A stretch of 60,413 bases of DNA, filler included, from Basidioascus undulatus (lineage: Eukaryota): NCBI GenBank assembly GCA_000826855.1. It is 8 parts of 8 records of this genome, joined end to end, with 100 filler letters (N's around TTAATTAATTAA, not from the genome) between each part and the next. Parts side by side here need not be neighbours in the genome. Positions count along the whole stretch, not along the records: positions 29,741 to 55,482 come from JTLS01000206.1; 7 more parts are not named here. One strand, 5' to 3'. This document shows, piece after piece, positions 33,584 to 47,199 of the stretch. Made by a program: the position numbers and the translations under genes. Position 1 is the first letter of the stretch. Each line of letters opens with the position of its first letter. The notes under the pieces are model-generated. The model was given only the letters and a program-made list of their open reading frames with translations, was not told the origin of the DNA and made no database searches.

Positions 33584-36483
33584 ATGTGTGTTGTTACATT
33601 CGCCCACTCTCTCCCGCTCACACTCACACGCCCATACAGGTCCCTTTCCCACCACGTCGACCCCGAGGAGCTCATTTGCGCTGCTGAGGAGCACCCGCAT
33701 CACAAGCATGTCACTCGCGGGCGCTCGCGCGTGAACCACTCGACCAGGTACAGCGGCCGCTACCAGACGCAGGAGCTCCCCAAGTTCCGCGTCCCGGATC
33801 AGGGTATCGATGCGCAGGTTGCCTACCAGATCGTACATGACGGTACTCCCAGGCGTTCTTTGTCACCTAGGAGCGCATGCCTGATGCTTCCTCTATCTGG
33901 CAGAGCTGGAGCTTGACGGTCAGCCGCTACTGAACCTTGCGTCGTATGTCCATCTCCATACGGGCCAAGCTGCATAGCAGCTTACGGGAAACGTGTGATT
34001 ACAGTTTTGTGCACACCTGGATGCCCGACGAGGCAACTCGCCTGATCATGGAAAACATTTCGAAGGTTCGTTGGCGCTCGATACGCAACATACCGCTCTG
34101 GAGCTGATCCCCGGGCGGTTGCAGAACCTGATCGATTCCGACGAGTACGCTCACGCTGTACACTGCTGTTGAGGTCGCAGTACTGAATCCAATCTTCTGC
34201 AGGTACCCCGCGACTACTCTCATCCACACTCGCTTGATTTCAATGCTCGCGAGCCTGTGGCACGCTCCGAAGAGCAGCAAGGCCATCGGAACTGCCACGA
34301 CCGGCTCGTACGTCTTTGTCGAGCATCCAGTAGATGTCCTTACGCTGACACACCTTGTACGGACAGCTCTGAGGCCATCCAGCTTGGTGGCTTGGCCATG
34401 AAGAAGCGGTGGCAGGCCAAGATGAAGTCCAAGGGCAAGAACATTCACGAGCCTGGCCCGAGTGCGTCCTGCATGTCTACTTTTTTCCTGGCTGTCTTGC
34501 TTATTATAGTTTAACAGACATTGTGTTCGGATCCAACGCGCAGGTTGCATTGGAGAAGTGTGGGTCTCCCTTTCCCCGTCTCTGCAAGCATCCGGCTCAT
34601 GCTTCGATTTTCCGCAGTCGCCCGGTACTGGTGCGCTCAGTTCTTTGCTCGCATTTTCGAATGCCTCGACTAAGTTGCGTATCACAGGGACGTCGAGGCC
34701 CGTCTTGTTCCGGTCTCTGAGGACTCGCGCTACGTCATGGACCCGAAGCGGGCCATGGAGTACGTGGACGAGGTGCGACTCTTGCTCCCAGTTGTACGCT
34801 GAGCTGGAATCTAAGCGGTCTCTTTTGCTTCAGAACACCATCGGCTTCTTCGTCATCCTCGGCTCGACCTACACCGGACACTTCGAAAGTCCGTATTATC
34901 CCGCGCGGTTTGCTAAAAGTCCGGCGTCTGACGGCCTAGTTCTGCAGATGTCAAGGAGCTGTCGGACCTTCTGGACGAGTACGAGAAGAAGACCGGCATC
35001 GACCTCCCTATTCACGTCGACGGTGCCAGCGGAGGCTTTGTCGCTCCTTTCGCATACCCGGACCTTGAGTGGGACTGTGAGTTTTAAGTCGCAGTATCAA
35101 GGAGCGCTCTGCTGATTTGGTGAGTGCCTTGCAGTCCGCCTGCCCCGTGTCGTCTCTATCAACACCAGCGGTCACAAGTACGGTCGTGCCTACGTCGGTA
35201 CCTATAGACCATTCGCCTAAGAGGTCGTTTTAGGTATGCTTATGTAACCCACCGATAGGTGTCGGCTTCGTGATCTGGAAGGACGAGAGCTTGCTCCCGA
35301 AGGAGCTGATCTTCGAGCTGCAGTGCGTTTGGCAAATCGAGTTTTCGAACACGACAACGCTATGATACTAATTTTCTCCTGTGATGTAGCTACCTCGGCT
35401 CCACCGAATATTCGTTCAGCCTCAACTTCTCGTACGTTAAGCTTCATCGGCTCCGAGGAGTCAATGCTTACCTCTCCCTCAGCCGTCCTGCCGCCCCGAT
35501 CATTGGCCAGTACGTATTCGATCTCGAGCAAAACTGGTTCTCGGCTAATCAAAGCTGTTCGATAAGGTACTTCAACCTCATTCAGCTCGGCAAGGAGGGA
35601 TTCAAGAACATCGCATTTGACGACCTGAAGGTACCGCCGGCCGGCTTGCGATGCTGTTGCCATTGCGCTGACCTCGTTTACGCAGAACGCTCGCCTGCTC
35701 TCGCGTGCCCTGGAGAGGTCGGGCTACTACACAGTGCTCTCCGAGGTTCATCACCCCACCGAGGCCGCGCAGACGGTCGGTGGCAAGCTGCTCTCGAAGG
35801 GCAAGGAGGCTGCTGGCATTCCCGAGGACGACCCGAGGCACTACAAGGCCGGCCTTCCGGTCGTGTCGTTCCGGTGCGCATAACTTGCAGAGGTATTGAC
35901 CGAGGGGTGCTCATTTTTCTTTCCGAATTGCTCAGGTTCTCGGACGAGTTCAAGAAGGAGAACCCGCACATCAAGCAGGCATGGATTCAGACGCTGCTGC
36001 GCGTCAAGGGCTGGATGTGCGTCTCAGCGCTTTCAGTTTTACCCCGTGCCTTCTCTCACTTGTCAAGCGGCGGATAGTGTTCCGAACTACGGACTTCCTC
36101 CCATCCTCGAGAACATTGAGATTCTCCGCGTGGTCGTCCGCGAGTCCGTTTCCGAGGTGTGTCGTGTTGTATCTGTCATTCCTGCGCTGGAGGCGCTGAT
36201 CTTAGCGCAACGCAGGACATGATCGGCAAGCCGAGAGCCGTCTATTCCCAGCTTTGGCGATGCTGACATACAAATTGTTGCAGATCGACTTGTCGCCGAC
36301 ATCCTCGAGGTGACGGAGAGCCTGCTGAAGCAGGATGGCGAGGCAGTCATGCTCGCGGCGACTTCGAGTGGAGCCAAGCCGGGCAAGGACAATGAGCACG
36401 CCCGAAACGGCGAGAGAAAGCTCACGCGAAGCTGCAAGAAGGAGGGCGTGCAGAAGAGCGTGACCTACGCGAAGCAGTGTTGA
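33584..36483 (+). CDS. GAD1: Glutamate decarboxylase (PLP-dependent)
   Basis: [65 protein letters not shown] (PLP Lys), VPNY; about 21 introns by manual count. Confidence 0.96.
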
Positions 36484-36928
36484 ACGGCTTGCGAGGAAGG
36501 ACTTCTGTTGAGAGCGACCAGGACGCTGTTTTGTGATGAACAAGAACAATGAACAGTGGACTTTGCCCAATGTGTTTCTTGAACGATCAGGATTCAGCGA
36601 GCGATGTTTTTTTTGTTACAGCGGGGACTTTCAATTAAACTGCGTCGAGGGACTCGCGCCGCTGGCTCTGCGCTGTGGCAAGGCAACTTCAGCAGTACCG
36701 CGACAGCTAAAAATCAAATACGGCTGTACGTATGCGGTTTAATGTCATACGGAATCCGGAGGCCATGTATCGTAGGTGATAATTTTGATCTCCAGGCGAA
36801 GTCCAACAACCCGTCTGTCAAACTGCAAGGCACGATGGCGACGGGCCAGCAAACTCTGCCAATGAGATGAATCTATCCCTTTTCATAATGAAGCTATATA
36901 TGCCGACTGTCCCCTCGACGCTGCCTTT

Positions 36929-39456
36929 TCATCTGAGGCAGGATCCCCCTTCCATTTGCGACTCCGCATCCCCTCTGGGAGGTGCTTGCTTTTTGCGCCC
37001 CAGGACTCCAATGCCGCGCAAAGCCACCATCGCTAGCAACAACCCGAAAAATCCAAATGCTGAACCGCTCCAAAATGCCATCCGATAGGCGTGCATCGGG
37101 TTAGATGCGCGGCCGGTCCGGTCGAATACGATCGTAGAGATGGCTGTTCCGAAACTGATTCCAATCTGTGAACGTGCAGCGAATCGTCAGTGTACGACCC
37201 CCTTAAAATCTTATGGACGTGCCCACCTGCTGACCGGTGTTGAGCATCCCGCCTGACATGGCTTGCTCATGCGGACGGGTAACACTCGACCCGTACAGAG
37301 CTGCGGTCGCGAATGTTAAGTCGACGCCGACGACCGATCTTATCAAGCACATAACGTGAGCGGTGCCAATACTCTAGGGAAACTTGTAGCCTTACAGGCA
37401 GAACGCAACGAACTCCTCCGCGAAATAGGACAGATTCGGGTCCGAGATCGCGAAAAGAAGCGTCGCGAGGGCAACGCCTGCGCAGCCCAACATGAGGATG
37501 TACTGAGCCGAAAGTCGGGCTTATTCGAGTACGATGAAAAATGCGCTTTCAGTGTTTTGATGTGCTTGGGCAGCTGAAGGTACGCACGGAGAAGTATGCC
37601 CGCAACGACAGTAATGAATAGGCCTGAATCAGGCACGTCAGACCGAACGACATACGGAGCGTGCGGGGAGACGACAAGGACGCACCCATTACAGCTGTCG
37701 GCAAGAAGCGTAAAGTAACCTGTATGGGCGGCAGGTTCCGCAATTGTTGGTAGTAGATTGTGCTCCAGAAGGTAACGCTGTTCGACAAAAGATCAGATGA
37801 ATCCGAGATTGTCTATATAGATGCGATAGGGAACATAGCACGCACACAATGAAGTTGCAGAACACGCAGAAGACGATGCTGATGACCACAGGATAGCGAC
37901 CGGTTGTCAAAATTGACAGCCGCATAAGAGGAGCTCGCGAAGTCCGGTTCTCGATGTTCCATTCCCAGACAACGAATGTTACCAGCAGGATGACGGCGAC
38001 AACCTGGCAATCCACCCGAAAAAGCGTCAGCGTGCGGCGGGGCAACGGCACTGTCGGACACCTACACATAGCGTGATGACGTATGGGCTCGACCACCCTG
38101 CATCCTCGGCCTGCGCCAGTACAAAAAGCAGTGAAGTCAGGCCTGCCGTGACCTTGAAGGCGCCGAGCCAGTCGATCGAGCGGTCTGTCCCTTCGTAGGG
38201 AGGGTCCGGGCCGATCAGGAAGTAGCCCGCGATGGCAATCAAGAGAGCGAGACCTGGGAGAGGTCATTAGATTCGTTGACATGGTACTTGGATTCCAGAG
38301 GGTACAAGAACGAACCGGCGAGGATGTAACTGTGAGCGTAAAGATCGTTAACGTTCAGTCCCGTTGTGGCATGAGAGACACTCACTAAGCAGCACGCCAG
38401 CTGATCGTGTCGACGTAGGTAGTCATAAGGCCCCCCAGTACCTAGGTCTAATGGACATCAGTTAACGCAACAGCTCATGGGCGCACTTGGAATAGGCGCA
38501 CCGAGCCTAAACCACTGCCGACAGGAGCGCCCGAAGCAAAGGCCGAAAAGGCAGCCGAACTTAAGCTGGAATGAGGAGAGAACGAACGGCCCAGGATACC
38601 GATTGAGGATGGTATGAAGGCAGCCGGTCCAAGCCTGGAAAGAGTCGGGTTCAGAGGTCGAGATGCGGGGAAAGTAATTTGAGTGTCAGGCTTTCCCTTG
38701 AAGCGCGCGCATGAAGATGAGCGCGAAAGAAGTCGGAGCGAGAGCACAGCCGATTGACCAACACATAAACCAGAGCATCATGACCAGGAACACTCGTTCT
38801 GAGGATGCGAGGTCGATCAGTGCCGGACGCCGGGAAGACGCACAGTCCGACCGCACTTCGTCCGTGCAAGTCTGCGATACGAGAGAAAAGTAATAACGAC
38901 GATCCGTTGGCGATAGAGTACCTGAAGGACACCGCTACATCAGCTTGCGGAGGACTACATCGTCTGACGAGCAATTGGTACGGCATCGAGCACTCTTCAA
39001 GAGCGAGCGAACAGACGTTGCGCGGTGATAATAAATATCGTCAACCTACGAAGAAGTGACCCATTGCAGCTGATTTTCGCGGAAATTTAGCTCCTTTCCT
39101 ATGGTGGGTAGCGCGACGTCTTGAAGAGCAAGGTGAGTACGCGGGCGCATTCAGAGTCAGCCTACTTCGATCACGAGCTTACTGTTGGCCATGTTTCCTG
39201 CGGTCTGTGATTCATGCTTTAGAACTTTTAAGCGCGTACAGGGAAAAGACATACTTACGTTTACAACCATGCTGAGCGTCAATATGCACACGAGGAGGAT
39301 ATCCTTCGCACTTCGGCCCTTCGAGCTGTGCACAGACGGGGTAGCTACGTTCGCTTGAGATGGAGGTTTTTGCGAGACGACGTTGCCCCCATCAGGCGAA
39401 GTAGACGCTCCATTATCGAACGAAGAAGCCGCTGGGGCGTCGAGGGAAGGCCACAT
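36929..39456 (-). CDS. MFS drug:H+ antiporter-like transporter (DHA2/ATR1-like)
   Basis: LPTIGKEL..QLQWV, LLLFSRIADLHGR, GAPVGSGLG, IDWLGA, APLMRLS, QIGISFGTAIS, AYRMAFW, LRGIGVLG; multiple hydrophobic exons. Confidence 0.9.
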
Positions 39457-40053
39457 GGCGATGCGCTGCGCGATGACGGGACGCAGCGCTCGAAATGGGG
39501 TACGATCGAATGCTCGATTCGGTTAGAAAGAGAAAGTAAAGATTTCCGCGTTAGTCAAATGAGCCATGAAGAATGGAGGACGGCAAGGCAGAAAGAGGCA
39601 GGGATGTGGCAAGATGTGGGCTTGCCTGGTGGTACCGCACAAAACAGCACGCGGAGCGATTCAGAGCGCGGCTGTTGCGGCAACTCGGCATCCTCGGCCC
39701 GCGAGCGGCTCAATGACATCACATCCATATCGCAGCGAGTTGTCCTCCGATTTCTCTTCGCATTTGCGGTGGCAGTGCGCATGCACCTTAATCCACATAA
39801 AGGTCTTTCGGTCTACAATAGCGGTGCCTTTCCATCGGCTCTCGATACTGCATTCGCATTGTCCAAGGATGAGTACGCGAATGCACGCTGTTACACTCGA
39901 ACACGACTCCTCATTCACGCGCGCCACTCTTATGTGCAGAAAAGCCTGCAGAAAACGCTTGTCTGCTTGCGTATACAGTTAATCCACGTGTTCTAATCAT
40001 GAACAACCAGCAATCAAGCCCTTCTCTTCCACACCCTCAGTCAAGCCCTCCGC

Positions 40054-43000
40054 CTACTCCGCACCACCGACAGTCTCCTCCTTACCCTTGCCGTCCTCGG
40101 CCTTCGTCTGCGCCTCGCGCTGCTCTCGCTCCTTTTCCCGCTGCTCGGGCGTCTTAAATGCAGCGGACAGGGGGAACCGCTTCGCGGCGGCAGCGCGGAA
40201 CTCGTCGACGCGGGAGGACTCGAGCTCGCGCAGGATGGTCTGGGCGGCTTCGGCAGTCTGATGGGAGGTCACGACGCACGTTCAGCTAGAGCTAGAAGAG
40301 AACGGAAAGACATGCTCAAAAAGCAATCCTACCTGCCGGTCGACCTTAGTCTCCTCCCGGACAAGCTGGAACACGAGATCGGCCGCGTGTTCCTTGCCCG
40401 CGTCCGCGCCGCGGACCTCGAGGATCCCTCGCGCGGCAGCGAGGACCGCTGCGGAGTCGTCGATGCGCCGTTGGAGGTAGTCCGAGTTGTACGCCTCGGT
40501 CGAAACCTCAGCGGGGAAGACGGCTTCGAACTCGGAGCGGATGACGGGGGCGATGGTCGAGGGGAGTTCAGGGTTCGAGTCGACTGTCAAAAAGAATGTA
40601 GGTGAGTAGCGACCTTTAGCTAGAGCGACTTCGCGAGGTGGACGCACGGAACTTGCGGAAGCGCAGAAGCTGCAGGTGCAGTGACGGCGCGTTTGCGTCG
40701 AGCGCGTGCGCTCTCCGCAGCGCCCTCAGCGCATGAAGGTACTTTTCTGATGTCCCATCCCTCTCACGTCAGCTATTCGCAATTCGTGAACGAGCTCTCT
40801 CGACAACACAGAAACGCGACGCACTCCGGCGGAATGCAACCTCGAACACCGCAGACCAGGTTTCGACCTTGTTCTGGGCGAGCGTCTCGAGCGGGCGCAG
40901 GATCTTCTCGGCCTCGGCGAGCGGGTCTGACGCCTTGAGGAGCGCGTGTCCGCGCGGGTCCGTATCTTGCGGGGGAACGGGAAGTCCGTCCTCGTCCTTG
41001 GGGGGCGCCGCCGCGGCAGGAGCGCCCGCTATTAATGGAACCCTAGCATCAGTGAACAGCCTAATAGACAGAATGCTACAATAGAGCACTCACACTTGCC
41101 TGCACCCTCCGCCGCCTTCAGCTGCGCTTTCTTGGCCTTCTTCGCAGCTTTCTTCTCCTCCGCCGAGAGCCCGTCTGCGTGCACCGCCACAGCAACACGT
41201 CAGTCTCATCGAATCCAACAAATAGGGTGATCGGAAACATACTGGATTCGCCAGTCAAGGACTTGACCAGGCCGGGGTTGTCGAACAAGCGGGTGTAGAT
41301 CTGGGTGCAGCCACGATTGTCAGTCCGCAACTGCTTAGAGCAATAACGAAAGAAGAGACACGCACCTCGACAGCCTCCAGTGCCGACTGGACATAAGCCG
41401 GGTGGCTCCTGACCTCGTCCTCGAACTGGAGCGTCCTGCCCACGCAAAAGCCTCATCAGCGACAGCGCCCCTTCTCTGTTTTTCCCCTTCGCACGTCCAC
41501 TCACTCGATGTACGCCCGAAGCGTGTACTTGCGCAAGCAGTACGTGTGGAAGTCGTACTGGTCGTCCTCCCACTCCTCGATAATCTTGACGAGCTGGTGG
41601 ATACGCTTGAGCGCCATGCCGAGGTCACCCGCGCGCCCGTAAGCGCGCGCCTCCTCGCGGATAAACCAGAGGCACTGCATGTCGATCAGGTCGAACGCGG
41701 GCGAGAGCGCGGCTTTCTGTTCCAACCAAGCCCCTCTCACATCAGCCTGGGATTCGCAGTGGGTCTAAGACTCTACTGACCCGCGTGAACAGCCCCAACA
41801 CCTCCTCCGCCTCGGCGATCTTCCCCGCGCGAATGAGGTACTTCGCGCTCTTCGAGTTCAAGAACCGGTCCTGGCCATCGAGTGCGCGTGCTTCTTCCAG
41901 CGCCGCAGCCGCCGCGGGCGCGTCGCCTGCGCGCTTGAGCGCGCGCGCCTTGGCGGTGTAGAGCTCGGGAAGAGTGGGCGTGTGCGCGATGGCGGCCTCG
42001 ATCAGCTCGAGCGCGCGCGGGAAGGACCCGAGCTGCGAGTAGTGCTGCGTCAGGAAGTAAAGCGTCCAGAGGTACGAGGTGGTCGGCTGGACGCGGTCTG
42101 AAGCCGGCCGGGGGGGATTGAGATGTGAGTCCGGCGCTGACTACATCAAATGAGACGGCAGACGGCGCACCGTCGGAAGAGTGGAAGGCGCCCGACGAGG
42201 AGAGCTCTTCCCGGTAGCCCTCGACGAGGTCCTGCACGGTCTGCCGCTTCGCCTCGTCCGCGTACAAGTCCTTGATGTCGGCGAAGAGGGAAGGCACGCC
42301 CTTGGACAGGCGGGCAGTGAGGTACGCGTCCGCGAGCTCCCGGAAGCGGTCACCTGGAAAGCAAACGCATCGCTGTCAGCACCACGTCCCCGAGCAATCT
42401 TCAGCCGAGATGGCCCGTTGCGTACCATGCGCATACGCCAGCTGCAACAGTTGCAGCGCCGAGGACTTGGGGAACTGCTTGCCGAAGAGCGTAACGACTT
42501 GGAGGGCGTCCGCGCTGCTCTTCTCGGTCAGGTCGGAAGAGACTGTTACGCGCCAGACACCCCGATGTCGTTCCCCTCTCAGCACGCCTGCGAGGAGCAC
42601 CCAGAGGCTCAGTAGGAGGGAGCACGCACCATCAATGCCCCGGTTTCGCAGGAAGCCAAAGTAGTACGCCTTGTTCTCCGGGTTGGCCTGGATCAGCAGC
42701 CTCCACGCATCCGCAGCCTCGTCCGTCCGTCCCAGAGCAGTGAGCACACGTGCTGTACCCCCGTACCATACCCGGTCAGCGGTCCGTGTCGTACCAACGG
42801 AAGACCTCCGCCGCACTCTGAACGCAAGAAAGTGCAGACAACACACCTCGGGCTTCTCGCCAGCTAGGAACGTCGAGGATCTCGGACTCGCACTCGTCGA
42901 GGTACGCGAGCGCTTCGAAGAGCTTGCCGGACTTCTCGAGGAGGGAAGCGTGGTAGAGGTAGATCTCGGAGAGCTCGTAGTCGAACGCGGTGACCTTCGG

Positions 43001-43999
43001 GCCGATGCTCTGTTCACCCGGATCAGCCTCCTCCACTCCAATATCCAACCTCCGCAAAACATCAAAAGTTCCAGACACACCTTGAGCGTCCCCTCCCATT
43101 CAGCCAAGACCTCCGCCGCCTTCTCCGTGAGCCCAGCGAGGTCGAGCGCAACAGCGAGCGCGACCCAGTGCTGGCGCATGCTCGGACGCGTGCGAACAAG
43201 GTACGCGCGGCTCTCGACGAGCGGGCCCCACTGGCGGAGCTGGGTCGCGAGCCCGCAGACGTCGCGGAGGAGGGCGACGTTGTCCGGGTCGTGCTTGAGC
43301 GCCTGCGAGTAGCACTTGAGCGCCTCGTCGAAGTTGCGGTCGAAGCGGTGCACAATGCCGTAGACGTGCCAGACGATGTGGGAGCTGTTTATGGGGTGTG
43401 AGGGGCGGGAAATGAGCGGCAGCGGAAAGGAAGACGCACGTGAGATCGTTGCGAACACCCTTCTTCACCAGCTCGAGTCCCTCCTCCTTCTTGTCCGTGG
43501 AGACTAGGATGAGACCCTTCATCGCAAGCGTCTCTGGGGTGTAGAAGGCAAGGTGAGCCTCGAATATGGGCTTGAAAATGTATGGAGAGGAACGGACCGC
43601 CATGATCAGGGTGCTTCTTGAGGATAGTGTCAGCAGTCTTGATCGCTTTCTTGTACTGCTTAGTGTCGTGCAGTTGCTGAAATTGGGGGCGACACCAGCA
43701 TCAGTACAGGCCTCTCGAACGCAGTTGAATGGGGTGTGGAATATCTCCATAGCGTTCCGGTCTTCTCCCCAGTCACCGTTCTCCCTTCTATCCTCGAGCC
43801 CAATGACCACTCCCACCCTTAGGACCGTCAAGGTACCCAACCAGCAGAACCTCCATCCCCCCCCCTCTACCCATTCCTGGTCCCTGCCTCGTCTCCCCCT
43901 CATTCCATGCCGACTCACCAGGAGCTGCTTGAAGAGGGTCGACTCCTTGGCCGACAGCTGCCTATTCTTGGGCAAGCCGGGTATCGCGGGAGGCGCCAT
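40054..43999 (-). CDS. NAT1: NatA N-terminal acetyltransferase auxiliary subunit (NAA15/NARG1, TPR repeats)
   Basis: LSAKESTLFKQLL|QLHDTKQYKKAIK...HG|ETLAMKGL, SHIVWHVYG, HTPTLPEL, LDGQDRFLNSK, DDQYDFHTYCLRK, DTDPRG. Confidence 0.95.
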
Positions 44000-44599
44000 A
44001 GTGATGTGCAGGAGCAGCAGCGACGCTAAGACCGCAAAGATAGTGAACGCGAATACGAGAAAAGGCACGGTGCGCTCGGGATGAGAGTTGGACGTCAAGA
44101 TCAGGCAGCGGCAGCGGAGAAGGCGAGGTGGTGTCGAGGCGACGGAAGGCAGCGTCGAGCGGCAAACTATTCCACACTGGCACCTGCCGACTTTTACTGA
44201 CTTCAGGGAATAAATCTTATTCACTTGGCTCACCAGCGCCTTCACGGAATATCTTCCTACCCCCCAGATCTCGCCAAACAAAATGGACGCGCTTGGACGG
44301 GGCGGTCGAACGGCAGTCCACCAACAAGTCGGCCAGGGTTGTATCGTTTTCAAACTGGCAGGCATCCCTACTCCTCGCACACCGCTTCCGGTTGTCTACC
44401 TTTGGGATACAATTGTCTCCAGTATGTTTTAGTTACCAGAATAAACGCTGAAAATGAAGTTTAAGCTCATTTGCGTTCCAGGAGTTCCGTCTAAACTACG
44501 CATACTCAGCGTCGTATCTCGGCACGCTCGTTGCCGAGGAGCTTCATGTCCTCTTGATTTCTCTTGACCGCCTTCGTCCATCTCATCAACCTTTCGAAA

Positions 44600-45302
44600 A
44601 TGACCAATAATCCCGGCCGGCCGCAGCTGACCCTCTCCCCAGTGACGACCCCGGATCTCCCCGCCCTCGCGACGCTACACCACCTCTCCTTCTCCCTCTC
44701 GCCTCATCTTCGGGCTCTCTGGCCGCCCGCCTCAATCCCCTGTAAGCTAGCTTGGCACATCGCCCGCAACACCCTCGCCCTTCCTGCGCGTGCGACTAGT
44801 CAATGTCGGCCGCGCCGACTCGAGCGAGATCATCAGTTACGGGAAGTGGGTCTTCCAGGGAAGGGGGAATGGTGGGAGGGCGTGGACCCCCCGCTTCCGC
44901 AGGAGGCGGACAGGAAGGGCTGGAACGAGATGGCCCGCGGGTTGGAGAAAATGCATCGGAAGGTGATGCGCTACCAACCGCATTTTTGTGCGTATCAGCC
45001 TGCATTGACTATCTTCGCCCACCGATTTCGCGACCCAACCTTCCATGGCAGTCCTCCCCATCCTAGCAACTCACCCAGAGCATCAAGGGCTGGGTGCTGC
45101 ATCCCCCATTCTCCGGTGGGGGATCGAACAAGCGGACGCCATGGGCCTGCCGTGCTACCTCGAGGCTACGGAACAGGGCCTTCCGCTGTATCTGCGCTTC
45201 GGGTGGGAGGTTGTCGGGGAGGCGGATGTAGGAAGGGGGGAAAAGATGAAGGTTCTTGTAAGGGAGCCAGGTGCCAAGAGGAAAGGGGTAGCCGCTAGGT
45301 AG
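44600..45302 (+). CDS. GNAT family acetyltransferase (2 exons; internal segment apparently frame-shifted)
   Basis: Intron 44988-45051; ILATHPEHQGLGAASPILRWG (motif A), LPCYLEAT..GLPLYLRFGW (motif B). Confidence 0.8.
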
Positions 45303-45538
45303 CGGGTACATGAAGCATTTTGATAAGGACCGACTGTTGAAACGCTGTTCCCCGCGTTTGCGGGCGGTTGCGTACTTCAAAAGACAACGCAGTTAACGAG
45401 TCCAATCAATAAGCGAGAATGAGAAGTTTTTCGCAGAAAAGTTTTTAGCACGATGCGTATGCAGCCGTTTCAACTGGAGATCGCTGGCTCGCTCTTGCTT
45501 CTTACCATCATCATCTCGAGCCGCTTGTTCAGTTCGCG

Positions 45539-46656
45539 ATGGAGAATGCGGTAGCGGCGAATGTGCTGGGGGTAGCAGGTGCAGTACGTCACTTTCCTCA
45601 ACTTACATCTCAAACACCAAGGCAGTGCTCACTTTTACCTGTGTTTTCGCTCTTCAGGTGTGCTGGTCAATCCAGGTTAGACCCGAATGAATCTTGAAAG
45701 CCTTGCACCAAAATGATCTCCCCAAACTCACAGCGCCTTCCGCGCAGCTCATCCCACAAATTATGGTAAACTACCGACGGCACAACACAACGGGTCTGCA
45801 GTCGAGCATGATGCTCCTGTGGGCGATCGCGGGCGTGCCGCTCGGGATCTACAACATCACGCGAGAAGTGAACGTCGCGCTCCAGGTCCAGCCACAGATT
45901 TTGACCGCGCTGTCCCTCGTCACTTGGGCGCAGTGTCGGTACTATAAACGGGTGCGATGTGCGGGATGTGAGATGTGAGAGAAGGGAGGCTGACTCCCGG
46001 CGAGGAGAACAGGGATGGAGCAGAAGCAAGTGCGCGGCCGTGGTTGGCCTTATCGGCGCGGTATTTGGGGGGATCGAGGTGGGGTGTGTGTTCGCTTTAC
46101 GAGTACGTCTGTTTTATTCCTCTCTCCCTAAAGGTACTCAACGCCCCTGGTGGTTCGCTGAACGTCACTCGCCCGGACTCATGCAGCAACCTGTGCGCCG
46201 CGGCACCCAATGGCCGATGACGCTCATGGCGGTCCTCTCCGCGCTCTTCCTCGCCGCGGGTGTGCTCCGCCACTACTACGACATCTACCAGTACCGGTCC
46301 GTGCGGGGCATCTCCTTCCTCTTCGTCGGGATCGATGCGGCGGGGGACCTGTTCTCCTTGCTGTCTCTCAGTGCGTCTTCCTTCTCCCTCCATCTTTTCT
46401 CACACCTCCACGACACTGAGGAATTGCTGCTTTAATGAACTGGGGAAATGTAGTCTTCGAACCCCGCTTGGACGCGCTCAACTGCGTCATCTACGCGACG
46501 GAGCTCGTCCTCTGGATAGGGATCGTGCTCTGCGGGGTGTGGTATGGTCGGCACAGCTCGGAGAAGCGGGAGGCCGAGGCCTCACCATCGCCGCCTGTCG
46601 AAGAGCTTCAGAACCGTGCGCATGATGCTGGAGGTACTCGCAGCCGAGGGAACTGA
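45539..46656 (+). CDS. PQ-loop repeat membrane transporter
   Basis: MENAVAANVLGVAGA|VCWSIQ|LIPQIMVNYRRHNTTGL, QVQPQ, VRGISFLFVGIDAAGDLFSLLSL. Confidence 0.9.
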
Positions 46657-47199
46657 CGCGGGGTTTGCCGGCCAGAACCTGCGACGGCTCGATCAGCCTC
46701 CATTCACTCAACTTCGTCTGCGGTGTCGGTCTTCCACACTCCTGCGTCGCTGCACGAAAGTACTGAGGGAGACAATCTGTACGTGAGAAGTTAAGTGCGG
46801 GGTCCGGCTGGCACTGACCCAGCGTCGGCGCTCGACAGGCCTCTTGGCTCTGTAGTGAGCCGAAGAAGTAATGCATCTCAGCGGACAGATGGAGACGTCT
46901 CTGAAAGACTTGAGCAAATGTAGACGCGTTTAATGACGGTGTAACGGCGATCACAGTAAGGAGGCCTGCTGGAAAATGCGTTCAATCAATCAACGAGTCG
47001 GAAGGTGAACTGCAGCAACATGCAAGTAACGATGCTGGTCCACTTTGGCAACTCTATCATCTCAAGCACAGCCTCCTCATGAAGTAGCGCGGTATCGATT
47101 GCAGGATGCGATCAAAGATGCGTGGTGGTACAAGACAAGAATACACATGGTAGAAAAAATGTCGGGATGCGTCCCGATCGCGCCATTCGTATATGCCGC

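Noticed and set aside
43100..44380. 426-aa ORF in the track
   Set aside because: Read-through of NAT1 5' UTR, exons and introns; not a separate protein.
43999..44600. GNAT head-to-head with NAT1 as the NatA catalytic partner
   Set aside because: The GNAT lacks recognisable Ard1/Naa10 motifs and resembles generic small-molecule GNATs.
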